Below, in pieces: positions 1 to 12,648 of a DNA stretch of 64,000 bases. Source of the DNA: Mobula hypostoma (Eukaryota). The notes beneath the pieces are model-generated. The model worked only from the letters and a program-made list of their open reading frames with translations, made no database searches and was not told the DNA's origin. The translations under genes and the position numbers were made by a program. Within the stretch, counting starts at the first letter, position 1. Every line of letters starts with the position of its first letter. The DNA lies in the NCBI RefSeq assembly GCF_963921235.1, contig NC_086097.1, positions 147,686,001 to 147,750,000 on the forward strand, read 5' to 3'.

Positions 1-552
1 GTTGCCTCTACTTCCTAGGAGACTAAGGTCCTTTGGAGTATGCAGGCCTCTCCTTCACATATTCTACCAGTCTTGTCGCCAGTACAATCTCCTATGCAGT
101 GATGTGCTGGGGCAATGGTATCAACACGTGTGATGCCAACGGGCTCAATAAAGTGATTAGAAAAGTTGGCTCTGTTATAGGAGTCAAACGGATCAGACTG
201 GGGGCTGTGGTAAAACAAAGGACCTATGGAAAATCAGCAATTCTGGACAATGTTTCTCACCCTCGGCATGCCACCTTGGCTGAACAGAGGAGCACTTTTA
301 GTACTAGACTAAGACAACTGCGCTGCTCCAAAGTGCACTGTATGAGGTCATCCTTACCCTGGGCCATTAGGCTTTATGAGTCAATCTATAGCCGGGGAAC
401 TGTTGACCCCCCCCCCCCCACTTCTGTTAGACTGTTTGAATTAACATTTTTTATTCTTTCTTACTCCTTTTCTAATATTTGTATATCTGTGCACTTGTAA
501 TGCTACTGTGACACTGTAATTTCCTCTGGGATCAATAAAGTATCTATCTATT
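1..552 (+). mobile_element. Rex1/Babar-type LINE, 3' fragment
   Basis: ORF 33-500 resembles the C-terminus of Rex/Babar RT (YAVMCWG..LNKVIRK..ILDNVSHP..AIRLY). It ends in GGGATCAATAAAG followed by a (TATC)n tail at 529-552. Confidence 0.8.
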
Positions 553-556
553 TATT

Positions 557-1572
557 GAAGCAACACACACAAAATGCTGGTGGAACGCAGCAGGCCAGGC
601 AGCATCTATAGGAAGAAGTACAGTTGACGTTTTTGGGCCAAGACCCTTCGTTAGGACTAACGGAAAAAAGAGGTAGTAAGAGATTTGAAAGTGGTGGGGG
701 GGGGGAGACCCGAAATGATAGGAGAAGACAGGAGGGGGAGGGATGAATCTAAGAGCTGGGAAGTTGATTGGCAAAAGGGATACAAGGCTGCAGAAGGGGG
801 AGTATCATGGGACGGAAGGCCTTGGAAGAAAGAAAGGGGGAGGGGAGCATCAGAGAATGATGGAGAACAGGCAAGAAGTTATTGTGAGAGGGAAAGAAAG
901 TAAATAAATAAATTAGGGATGGGGTAAGAAGAGGAGGAGGAGGGGCATTAACAGAAGTTAGAGAAGTCAATGTTCATGCCATCAGGTTGGAGTATATCCA
1001 GACAGAATATAAGGTGTTGTTCCTCCAACCTGAGTGTGGCTTCATCTCGACAGTAGAGGAGGCCATGGATTGACATCAGAATGGGAGTGGGATGTGGAAT
1101 TAAAATTAAAACGTCCCATTCCCATTCCGATATGCACACATTTTAATTCCACGTCCCATTCCCATTTCTCAAGCTTCTGTTAATGCCCCTCCTCCCCTTC
1201 TTACCCCATCCCTAATATTTATTTATTTTTTCCTCTCTTTCCCTCTCACAATAACTTCTTGCCTGTTCTCCATCTTCCTCTTGTGCTCCCATCCCCCTTT
1301 CTTTCTTCCAAGGCCTTCCGTCCCATGATACTCCCCCTTCTCCAGCCTTGTATCCCTTTTGCCAATCAACTTTCCAGCTCTTGGCTTCATCCCTCCCCAT
1401 CCCACTGTCAAATCTCTTACTATCTCTTTTTTTCGTTAGTCCTGATGAAGTGTCTCGACCCGAAACGTTGACTGTATTTCTTCCTATAGGTGCTGCCTGG
1501 CCTGCTGCGTTCCACCAGCATTTTGTGGGTGTTAATTGAATTTCCAGCATCTGCAGGTTTTCTCGTGTTTGC
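557..1572. mobile_element. Penelope-like element, inverted (fold-back) insertion
   Basis: Minus-strand arm 557-~1105 holds the 3' region and GIY-YIG C-terminus (LEEQHLIF..LQPDGMNIDFSNF). Plus-strand arm ~1167-1572 ends in the family terminus GCAGGTTTTCTCGTGTTTGC. Flanked by GTATCTATCTATT at 540-552 and 1573-1585. Confidence 0.85.
1438..1473 (+). ncRNA. Minimal type I hammerhead ribozyme motif (slightly degenerate)
   Basis: AGTC-CTGATGA-A-GTGTCTCGACCC-GAAA-CGTT-GACT: intact CUGANGA and GAAA core boxes, stem I AGTC/GACT, one mismatch in stem II, GUU cleavage triplet. Confidence 0.65.
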
Positions 1573-2229
1573 GTATCTATCTATTGAGCCCATTATTAAC
1601 ACCTTTGGTAATTATGGTCACCATCTGCCCCTATTTACTAGTTATTCTCAAAGGACTGTCCAGATCTGTACTGTATGTGCTGTTATGAGCCCAGGACAAC
1701 ATTTGGCTCAGCAATATCTCTTGATTCGTAATTCTTTCTAGCAGTGTGCATTTTATCCTTGCTGCCAACATCAGAAGAAAGTTTGGACTTTCATTCCTTT
1801 CTCCCTTCCTACCCCCTTCGGTTCAATAACGCAGCTGCAATAGCCAGGGTAAGAGCTTGTGAATGACATGGTCTCTGGTGTATTTTCATCACACAGTTGG
1901 ATCAAAAACAGGCTCCATCCACAATGCCGAAAAAGAACACTCTTCTCAATTGGCACTGCACTTAATTATTAAACTAGTCAAAGCTCTGAGTGTTTCTAAG
2001 TACATGTAGCTAGTACAAATGTTTAGAATTTTAAAATATTTAAAACCAAAACATTTGAAGTGTATCCTAAGAATTTGAATTGACACAGAATTAATTCAAT
2101 TATTTCTAACCTTAGAGACGCACAGCTTTTCCACTTAGTTGACAGAATTGGAAATGCTGCTCCGAGCCTAAGTTGTTGATGTGGATTCCTCACCATAAAT
2201 TATAGGAGACAGCTGCAACGTGGATTCCC

Positions 2230-2870
2230 TTGCAGCATCTTCTGAGGAGTCTAGCAACAGACTGAAGTCAAGAGAACAAGTAATTAGGAATAGAAATGGC
2301 ATACTGGCCTTTATTTCTAACAATTTAGTTTTATTAAAATACAGATGCATTGTTAAAATTATACAGGGTGCTGCTGAGGCCACACCTGGAGTACTGTGTA
2401 CCGTCTTGATCATCTTATTTAAGGGAGTATGCTAGCATTGGAGATAATCAGTGGACTTTAACAAGGTTAATTCCTGAGAAAAGAGGGTTATATTTTCAAA
2501 GGTTAAAAATTAAGCCTGTAATTCATTGGAGTTGATAAAATTGAGAGATGACCTTATTGAAGCATATAAGATTTTAAAGGAATATGACAAGGTAGATGTT
2601 CAGGTGTTTCTACTATGGGAATCTCCAAAAGAGGAGATGTTGTGGCAAGATTAGTAGGCAAGTAAGTGTAACAGAGGTGCATGTGAATTTCTGGACTGCA
2701 TGGTTAAAGGGAGATGGATGAATCTTTAAAAGATAAATTAATTAATAGCTGTGTAGAACTGGTATAGAAGAGTATTTTAGGCCTGGACAGATTAGCAATA
2801 ATTATGTCGAATATCTGAGTAGATATGAAGGGCTGGTTGACCGCCTCCTGTTCCTATCTTGTTGTGTGCT
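2230..2870 (+). mobile_element. Old CR1 LINE 3' remnant
   Basis: Degenerate CR1 motifs (ATACTGGCCTTTATT, GGCCACACCTGGAGTACTGTGTAC, AGAGATGACCTTATTGAAGCATATAAGAT) and a 3' end CCTCCTGTTCCTAT. Confidence 0.6.
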
Positions 2871-3371
2871 GCTTGTACATGAGCAGCTAACTTCAATTTC
2901 AGAATTTCTACATTTACGTGCATATACATGGAAATGTGGAAGTTGTTTTCAATATAAACACTTCTGTAGGTGAACACAGTCTTGTTCAGATATCCCCTCA
3001 AAATTGGGGCTGTTGTAATTCCCAGGTTTATTACATATTTCTAGTAGCAGTTGCAGCAGGATGTAAAAGGATCTATTTGTACCAGACATGCAGCACAGTG
3101 TTTGCCAGCACACTGATGAGAATATTGATTGAAAACTCTAAGGGAAGAAAATATTTTTTTAAATAAAATGTGCAAGCTAAAGCTAGAACTTCAGTGCCAG
3201 ACTGGATTTATCCCTTGTGTTGAAGCCATATCCATTGACAGGACCATCTGTACTATAGCTGGCTAGGATGCTTTTTTTAGATCCATGTGTTCCATATGCA
3301 TTTTAAAAAGGTGATTACTCTGCTGTTAAGGTTACAATTGGTGAAGGTATGGTATGATCATGAGACCATTT

Positions 3372-3959
3372 GAAGCAAGACAGGAGGCCTAGAAAGAAAA
3401 AAAAGGGCGGGGGGGAACCCAGAGGATGGGCAAGGGGTGTACTGAGAGGGACAGAGGGAGAAAAAGGAGGCCCAGGGAGAAGGAAAAGGAGGAGGAGGAA
3501 AAACCCCAGAGGATGGGCAAGGGGTATAGTCAGAGGGACAGAGGGAGAAAAAAAGGAGAGAGAGAAAGAATGAATGTGTGTATATAAATAAATAACTGAT
3601 GGGGTACAAGGGGGAGGTGGGGCATTAGCGGAAGTTTGAAAAGTCAATGTTCATGCCATCAGGTTGGAGGCTACCCAGACGGAATATAAGGTGAGTCGGC
3701 TGGGGTGATATACTGTGTCCGGTGCTCCCGATATGGCCTTCTATATATTGGTGAGACCCGACGTAGACTGGGAGATCGTTTTGCTGACCACCTACGCTCT
3801 GTCTGCCAGAGAAAGCAAGATCTCCCAGTGGCCACACATTTTAATTCCACATCCCATTCCGATTCTGATATGTCTATCCACGGCCTCCTCTACTGTAAAG
3901 ATGAAGCCACAGTCAGGTTGGAGGAACAACACCTTATATTCCGTCTGGGTATCCTCCAA
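3372..3959. mobile_element. Penelope-like fragment with internal inversion
   Basis: Minus-strand 3' part (3372-~3692) is joined to a plus-strand GIY-YIG segment (IYCVRCSRYGLLYIGETRRRLGDRFADH, 3705-3959). Confidence 0.8.
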
Positions 3960-3984
3960 GTGTAGCCTGGCTACACTTCTATTT

Positions 3985-4640
3985 TCTTAGGAGTTTGCGA
4001 AGATTAGGCATGACATCTAAAACTTTGCCAACCTTCTATAGATGTGTTGTGGCGAATATATTGATTGGCTGCATCACAGCTTAGTATGGAAACACCAATG
4101 TCCTTGAATGAAAAATCCTTTCAAAAGTAGTGGATATGGCTCAGTCCATCAAAAGCCCGCTCCACCATTGAGCACATCTACACGAAGTGTTGTCGCAGGA
4201 AAGCAGTATCCATCATCGGTGACCCCCACCCAGGTCTTTTTGCTGCTGCCATCAGGAAGGTATAAGGCCTCAGGGCAAACACCACCAGGTTCAGGAACAG
4301 TTATTACCCATCAAGCATCAGGCTCTTGAACCAAAAGGGATAAATTTACTCAACATCAATTGCCCCATCATTGAAACGTTCCCACAACCCATGTACTCAC
4401 TGTCAAGGATCCCTCATCTCATGTTCTCGATATTTATTGCATATTTGTTTATTATTATTAATGTGTTCTTTTTGTATTTACACAGTTTGTTGTCTTTGCA
4501 CATTGGTTGAACACCCAAGTCGGTGCGGTCTTTCATTGATCCTGTTATGGTTATTATCCTATTATGGATTTATTGAGTATGCCCACAAGAGAATGAATCT
4601 CAGGGTTGTATGTGGTGACATATGTGCACTTTGAACTTTG
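3985..4640 (+). mobile_element. Rex1-type LINE 3' fragment
   Basis: Degenerate C-terminal motifs (LLPSGRRY.., ACCACCAGGTTCAGGAACAG), T-rich 3' UTR and a (CTTTGAA)-type tail. Confidence 0.65.
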
Positions 4641-5642
4641 TTTAAGAATATGATTGTTGCTTTTATAAAGGCATTTAAAGAATGAGGGAGTGAATTTTGG
4701 TGGGAGTAAAAGCTGTGCATGTGTGCACTTCAGCGACCTGGTTATTCCGCATGACACTAGTGTTCAGCAACAATTGTTTATGAAATCAAAACCATATAAT
4801 ATGGAAATAATATGGGAAACTGTAAATGCTGTTTGAAATAATTATAAGCATGGGTCATTGGAAATTTATCGATGCAGTCAAGCTTTTTATCAAGTTAAAG
4901 GATATATTGAACAGATTTGTGTGTGTCCCTCTCATTAGATCTCTGTTATCAAAGTAGGTACACATACAGAATGTCAACCTGACCTTTTGTATAAATCTGG
5001 ACTCGTGTCAAAGCTGTCTACTGCTGTTGCTGAAATTTATGCAGAGCTTCTGCCAATATTTGATGAAATGGAAAGTGTATCTGTAGAGGTGTTGTTAACA
5101 TCTTTAAATAAAAATTCATTTTTAAGTAAGTTATCCAAAATAGGCATACTGTACATTTTCAGAAATTAAATAATAGGAAAAAAGTGATTTTTAAGAATTA
5201 TAGTCTGACCTTTCTTTGCTTTGTATTCCAAAATTGTTTGTATTGCTGGAAGAACAAACAATTTTTAAGAAAATATATTTGATGAACTACATTGGATTCA
5301 AGATGGTGGGCCAAGGGCAGTTAGGAAGAGGCAATAAATATTGGCTATGCCAACAATCTCCACAACCTGAACAATTAATACAAAGAATTTGGCTGTTTTC
5401 AGAAGTGGAGAGAATATGGTATTGGAAGGTCAACAAAGCTGGAAACTTGAAAATAAAAATAGAAAATGATGAAGCCCTCAAATAACCCTCGATTACCTGT
5501 TCAGGATCGTTTAATATCACTTAATTTTTAAATTTTTTATTAATATATAATCTTCTACAGCTATAAAATACAGAAATTCAACAAATTAGTATGTATATAA
5601 TTAATAAAGCTGAAAAAAAACTTGTGCTAATGAAAGAAAATT

Positions 5643-8600
5643 ATAGTCATAGTCATACTTTATTGATCCCAGGGGGAAATTGGTTTTCATTACAGTTGCA
5701 CCATAAATAATAAATAGTTATAGAACCATAAATAGTTAGATAGTAATATGTAAATTATGCCAGTAAATTATGAAATAAGTCCAGGACCAGCCTATCGGCA
5801 CAGGGTGTCTGTCCCTCCGAGGGAGGAGTTGTAAAGTTTGATGGCCACAGGCAGGAATGACTTCCTATGACGCTCTGTGCTGCATCTTGGTGGAATGAGT
5901 CTCTGGCTGAATGTACTCCTGTGCCCACCCAGTACATTATGTAGTGGATGGGAGACATTGACCAAGATGGCATGCAACTTAGACAGCATCCTCTTTTCAG
6001 ACACCTCCGTGAGAGAGTCCAGTTCCATCCCCACAACATCACTGGCCTTACGAATGAGTTTGTTGATTCTGTTGGTGTCTGCTACCCTCAGCCTGCTGCC
6101 CCAGCACACAACCGCAAACATGATAGCACTGGCCACCACAGACTCGTAGAACATCCTCAGCATCGTCCGGCAGATGTTAAAGGACCTCAGTCTCCTCAGG
6201 AAATAGAGACGGCTCTGACCCTTCTTGTAGACAGCCTGTGTTCTTTGACCAGTCCAGTTTATTGTCAATACGTATCCCCAGGTATTTGTAATCCTCCACC
6301 ATGTCCACACTGAAACAGGGGTCACTGGTACCTTAGCTCTCCTCAGGTCTACCACCAGCTCCTTAGTCTTTTTCACATTAAGCTGCAGATAATTTTGCTC
6401 ACACCATGTGACAAAGTTTCCTACAGTAGCCCTATACTCGACCTCATCTCCCTTGCTGACGCATCCAACTATGGCAGAGACATCCGAAAACTTCTGAAGA
6501 TGACAAGAATCTGCGCAGTAGTTGAAGTCCGAGATGTAAATGGTGAAGAGAAAGGGAGACAAGACAGTCCTCTGTGGAGCTCCAGTGCTGCTGATCACTC
6601 TGTCGGACACACAGTGTTGCAAGCACACGTACTGTGGTCTGCCAGTCAGGTAGTCAAGAATCCATGACACAAGGGGAGCATCCACCTGCATCGCTGTCAG
6701 TTTCTCCCCCAGCAGAGCAGGGCAGATGGTGTTGAATGCACTGGAGAAGTCAAAAAAACATGACCCTCACAGTGCTCGCTGGCTTGTCCAGGTGGACATA
6801 GACACGGTTCAGCAGGCAGACGATGGCATCCTCAACTCCTAGTCGGCTGGTAGGCGAACTGGAGGGGATCTAAGTGTGGCCTGACCATAGGCCGGAGCAG
6901 CTCCAGAACAAGTCTCTCCAGGGTCTTCATGATGTGGGAGGTTAATGCCACCGGTCTGTAGTCATTGAGGCCGCTGGGGCGCGGCGTCTTCGGCACAGGG
7001 ACGAGGCAGGACGTTTTCCACAGTACAGGAACCCTCTGGAGCCTCAGGCTCATGTTGAATACATGGTGAAGTACTCCGCATAGCTGAGGGGCACAGGCTT
7101 TGAGCACCCTGGTACTGACACCATCCGGTCCTGCAGCCTTGCATGGGTTGAGATGTTTCAGCTGTCTTCTCACCTGTTCAGCCATGAAGCTCACTGTGGT
7201 GGTTTTGTGTGGGGGAGGGGTATAGTCATGAGAGCAGGGTGGGGGACTGTGAGAAGGGGTAGGAGGGGCGAGTGGAATATGTGTTGGTTGGGGGCCGACA
7301 ACAGATGGTTCATGTGTGGGATGGGCAAGGGTCACAATATCAAATCTGTTAAAGAACAGGTTAAGTTCATTGGCCCTGTCCACACTGACCTCAGCTCCTC
7401 TGTTGCTAGTTTGCCAGAACCCAGTGATGGTCCTCATCCCCCTCCAGACCTCTCTCATGTTGTTCTGCTGGAGTTTCCACTCAAGCTTCCTCCTGTACCT
7501 GTCTTTATCCTCCCTGTTCCTGGCTTTCAGGTCCCTCTGTATTGCCCTCAGCTCCTCCCTATTTCCATCTCTAAACACCCTCTTTTTAGCATTCAGGATG
7601 TCCTTAATGTCCTTTGTCACCCATGGCTTGTTATTTGAATAACAAAGGACAGTTCTTGTCGGAACATTGCAGTCCACACAGAAGTTGATGTAATCCGTGA
7701 TGCATTCTGTGAGCCCATCAATATCCTCTCCATGTGGCTCACAGAGTGCCTGCCAGTCTGTCACCTCATAACAACCCTGGAGCGTCTCATAAACCTCCTC
7801 TGACCATTTCCTCACTGTCCTCAAGGTTGCAGGTTTACTCTTCACCAGAGGCACTTAGCAGGGTATTAGATGCACCAGGTTGTGATCTGACCTTCCCAGT
7901 GGGGGGAGGGGAGAGGACCTGTATGCATCCTTAATGTTAGCGTACATCAAATCCAGAGTCCTCTCCCCTCTGGTTGTACAGCTCACATACTGCGTGAAGT
8001 TGGACAGTGTTCTAGCCGTGGTAACCTGGTTGAAGTTACCCGAGATGGTAATGAGGGCAGTCGGATGCTGGGTTTGTAATCTGGCTATGACGGTGTAAAT
8101 GATGTTACACGCCGACGTTGGGTTGGCAGGGGGAGGGATGTACACAACAACCACAATTGCATGCGAGGTTTCCCTTGGCAAATAATATGGCCAGAGTCCA
8201 ACAGCAAAAAGTTCAATATCTGGGCTACAGACCCGTTCCTTGATCGTAATATGCCCAGGATTGCACCATCTGTTATTTACCAGAACCGCTAGCCCCCCTC
8301 CTTTGCGCTTACCGCTGTCAGTGCAATTCCGGTCAGTTCGAACGGTCTGGAAGCCCTTTATGGAAACGCTTTGATCGGGTATGTCCTCGTGCAGCCACGT
8401 CTCAGTGAAGCACATGACACTGCTCTCCCGAAATGTTCTCTGACTCCTGACAAGCACAGTCAATTCGTCGATTTTATTCCCCAGCGATCTCACATTTCCC
8501 ATGATGAGAGAGGGGAGACACGGCTTATAACTTCTCTTCTCCATAAGCCTTTGTTGTCTCTTCCCGGTCCTCTTCCCTCGCCTTTTTGATCCCCCTCTGT

Positions 8601-8908
8601 GTGTTTTCCTCCAGATTTCAGCCGGGACGTCTGCTGCTCTGTTCGCTAAACCAGCGGGCATGAGCGTAATTAATTGGTCCCTGGAATAAACAATGCGGCC
8701 ATCCTGCTGCCACGCTAACGAGACGTGTCGGAATGTAACTAATTCCAGCGCTAAAAAAACAAGTAAAACTCTCCACCAGCATGTTAGAGAGAGTGCAGCT
8801 TCAACGTGTTACCATGTGAAAAAAAATACAACAAATAACTAAGTTAAAAAGTCTAAAAGTAAGAAATTACGGAGCAACTATGACAGGCTGCATGCACGAC
8901 CGGTGCAT
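5643..8908 (-). mobile_element. Near-full-length Rex1/Babar LINE (APE endonuclease + RT), inactivated
   Basis: ORF 7855-8661 carries APE motifs (GNVRSL, FTETWL, GNFNQ, GRSDH). ORFs 6832-7854 and 5792-6691 carry RT motifs (KAAGPDG, DYRPVALTS, GAPQRTVLSP, QKFSD). (GACTAT)n tail at 5643-5656. One stop codon and several frameshifts. Confidence 0.92.
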
Positions 8909-8909
8909 A

Positions 8910-10135
8910 AGAGAACCCCAGCTAACTTTAAAAAAAAAAAAATCCCATTAACTATAAAACAAAAAGAGAAAAAAAAACATTAGGAACTAACTCCCGGAGC
9001 AATACGTCTTACCATTATTTATATATATAAAAGAAGAAAAAGAAAGCAACAAACAATTTTATATAACATAAAATTGGAAGGAAACCATGTAAATTGATTC
9101 AAATTAAATGATAATATTTAGCAAAAGAGCTCCACCTTCTCTCAAAATCAAATCGGGGATCAAGAGTTCTACTTCTAATTTTTTCCAAACTAAGACATAA
9201 CATTACTTGGGAAAATCATTGAGTTAGTGTAGGAGCAGAGGTATCTTTCCACTTCAATAAAATAGCCCTTCTTGCCAACAATGTAATGAATGCAATTACA
9301 TGTTGATTTGAAAATGAAATACCCTGAATGTGATGCGGAACTATTCCAAATAGAACAGTCAATGTATTAGGTTGTAAGTTAATTTTCAAAGCTTGAGAAA
9401 TTGTAGAAAATAAAGATTTCCAAAAAGATTTCAATGAGGGACATGACCAGAACATATGTGACAAAGAAGCTATTTCATTTCTGCACCTATCACAATAATT
9501 ATCTATATTAGGAAATATTTTGGATAGCCTCTCCTTTGTTAAATAATAACGATGAACAATTTTAAACTGAATTAAACAATGATTGGCACATATCGAAGAA
9601 GGATTAACCATTTTCAGAACTCGCAACTGATCTTCATTAACAAAAGTTGTATTAAGTTCTCTCTCCCAATCCTGTTTAATCTTTAGTGAGAGGTTATCTT
9701 TTTGTAGTAAAAATAAATTATAAATTCTACCAATGGAGCCTCTCACTAAGGGATTCATATTCAAAATGGTATCCAACAAATCAGATTCTTGCATATATGG
9801 AAACGTAGAAACATATTTTTGTAAAAAAATGTTTAACCTGTAAATATTGCAAGAAATGTGTGTGTGAGAGAGAATATTTACTAATTAACTCTTCAAAAGA
9901 CATCAATCGACCATCACTAAATAAATCTGCAAAAGTACAAATCCCCTTATTTCTCCATAAAAGAAAGATGGGATCAGTAATTGAAGGTTTAAATAGCAAA
10001 TTTCGAAACACAGGACTGGACAATTTAAATTATTTAAAACTAAAAGAGTTGCGAAACTGAAACCAAATCTGTAAGGACTGTTTAATAACAGTAGAAATTT
10101 AAATTGGAAATTTTAGCAAGTTGTAAAGGTAATGG
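8910..10135 (-). mobile_element. L1-clade LINE, ORF2 C-terminal remnant (3' end probably continues at ~5523-5640, split by the Rex insertion)
   Basis: ORF 9216-9794 has the zf-RVT-type motif (WERELN..QFKIVHRYY..CDRC..HMFWSC). A polyA-like end on the minus strand lies near 5523-5545. Confidence 0.8.
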
Positions 10136-10860
10136 AAAATATCAGTGGTATATGTTGTGAAATTTGTTGTTTGGTGGCAGCAATTAGTGCAATACATATT
10201 AAAAACATAAAATACAGTAAGTATAAAAAAGATAAACAAAATAGATCCTGTACCTTCTTGATGGTAGCAACGATGAGTACATGTTCTGGGTGATGTGGGG
10301 GGGGGGTGGGTGGTTTTCTTAATGATATATGCCACATTTTTGAGGCATTGCCTTTTGAAGGTGTCCTTGAAGCTCAGGCAGCTAGTGCCCATGATGGAAT
10401 TGGTTGAGTTTACAATTTTCTGCAGCTTTTTCCAATCCTGTACATCCGTTAGTCTCACGAGACCATGGATCTGTGCCTGGAAAGTCTTCACTCTCCAGGC
10501 CGCAGGCCTGGGCAAGGTTGTATGGAAGACCAGCAGTTGCCCATGCTGCAAGTCTCCCCTCTGCACGACACCAATGTTGTCCAAGGGAAGGACATTAGGA
10601 CCCATACAGTTTAGCACCAGTGTCATCACAGAGCAATGTGTGATTAAGTGCCTTGCTCAAGGACACAACACATGTTGCCTTGGCTGGGGCTTGAACTCAC
10701 GACCTTCAGGTCGCTAGTCCAATGCCTTAACCACTTGGCCATGTGCCCACAATCCTGTACAATGACCCCTCTATACCAGATGGTGATGCAACCAGTTAGA
10801 ATTTTCTCCACGTTACATCTTTGGAAATTTGCGAGAGCCTTTGGTGACATAAGTGTTTTT
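10135..10860 (-). mobile_element. Rex1-type LINE 3' fragment interrupted by a SINE
   Basis: KILTGCITIWY (10800 region) and QDWKKLQKIVN (10400 region) lie on either side of the SINE. Confidence 0.7.
10445..10749 (-). mobile_element. tRNA-derived SINE
   Basis: Minus-strand head TGGCCAAGTGGTTAAGGCATTGGAC..GAGTTCAAGCCCC (Pol III A/B-box-like). 12-bp TSD CAATCCTGTACA at 10433-10444 and 10750-10761. Confidence 0.85.
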
Positions 10861-11352
10861 TCTTCTTTTGTTTCAATTTTCCACCCTCCCACTTTATTTT
10901 TGATTTTAATGAGACTAGATACTGTCTGGTAATGTCTAATACTGTAATAAGATTGGATTGGATCTTGCCTGTGGAAGGACACAAGATGGTATTTATTGTT
11001 TCACTCCCCACAAAGGGGATATAACTATCAGTAGCATTTCAGATAGTACTCCTGCCTCTTTGCTCCAGTGAGCTGGTTCAACCATGACCTCCTGCTCTCT
11101 GTTTGGAATTTGCCTGATTTTTCTTACTGTTAGTTGTTAGAGAAAATAAATAGGTTGATGAGCATGTGAAGAGAATAAGTTACAGGAAAATAAATGGGGT
11201 GAAAGGTTTGATCATAGACTCTGCATAGGCTCACTGGAATGCAAGGCATTTTTGTATGTCTGAAGGGAATTTGGGAATAAAAGTGAAATAGGAAGGCTGT
11301 GTTGAAGGATGAGTCATCTTTTTTTAAAGATCTGAAGCACAAACTATCTCCT

Positions 11353-11690
11353 TTCAAGATTCAAAAAATTTTATTGTCATGCTAACCATACATCAGCTCT
11401 GCAGGGCAGAATGAGACAGTATTTCTCAGGAGCAGTGCAATCATAACATAACAAATGCAACACGAAATAATAAACATAACAATAACTAGTAAAACACAAC
11501 AGCCACATGTCAGTTAAAATCAAGTCATAAGTGTCCAGTGCAAGTTAAAAGTGTCCAAAGCAGAGTCAGGTAGAGCAGCTATTTAGCAGTCTGACTGCTC
11601 GTGGGAGGAAGCTGTTTAGTAGCCTTGTGGTTTTAGTTTTGATGCTCCTGTAACATTTGCCTGATGGCAGAAGAACAAACAGTTCTTTTG
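11353..11690 (-). mobile_element. Rex1-type LINE, short 3' fragment
   Basis: Reverse strand reads LLPSGKCYRSIKTKTTRLLNSFLP, followed by a 3' UTR and a (TCTTGAA)-like tail. Confidence 0.6.
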
Positions 11691-12648
11691 ATGCATCATC
11701 TACAGTTATTACAGAGCTGGATTGTTTAGCTCTAGTTAAGCTGTGTTTAATTGTGTGTTTGTTTTAGGTGCTTTATTTTACCCCAAGGGAAAAGGGGTAG
11801 ACAAAAAATTTTAAAAGTCTGAGTTTGTTAAGGATTTTCAACAAGAATAGAATGGGAAGAGAAGCCTTTGCAGGAGACTCCCTGCTTGTAGTGTCTTTTG
11901 CTTGATTATGACAACTGATGAGAGCCATTGAGTTAGAATAATTGGATCAATTTACCAAAATGAGTGGGAAGTGGGATTGGCATGACATTCATTATAAATA
12001 ATTAGACCTTCTTTTGGTAGATCAAATACCTGTTGGTGTTTTCTGTTCCAATGGGCACACAATCAGCATATCCATATATAAAGCAGAATTGGAAAATGTA
12101 TTCTGTGATCTCTCTGATTTTATTTTGGGGAAGTAGGACAAGAATATTTATATTTAATTTGAGGTATACTTCAAATAGATATATTACAAAGAGGTGCCTT
12201 TCAAAGATTTGAATGCAGCCTTTGCCAGACAGAGTAGGAAGTGCACATTATTAATTATACTCAAATATAACTGAGTGTTTTAATGAGGGAGTTAGAAGGG
12301 ACATAGCTTGATGTGTCAATGACCTTGTCTTGTGTTTGCCTTCCAAAATTTGTACTTGAATTCTATTCAAGTATCAAATAATTTTAACTACCCTTAAGAG
12401 CATTAAGAGCCTTGGCTAATTACTGCATTTCCACTGACATAACCTTTTGTTTTGACTTCTTTAACTTCTATGCACACATCTGCTTGTACAAAAAAATCTT
12501 ATTTGCAATGCTAATTGGATACATTTTTGATCTTGTGTGGTCGTCTTCCCTCATGAGTATTACAACTGAATTTGCCTCACTACTAGCTGTAACAGTCTAT
12601 TCCAGATCCTTTGCACCAGTAATCCTTTCTGCAGGTCTTGTGCATGTA

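Noticed and set aside
10683..10745. tRNA gene (minus strand); similar case at 58205-58270
   Set aside because: These are SINE heads: they run into SINE bodies and are bounded by TSDs.
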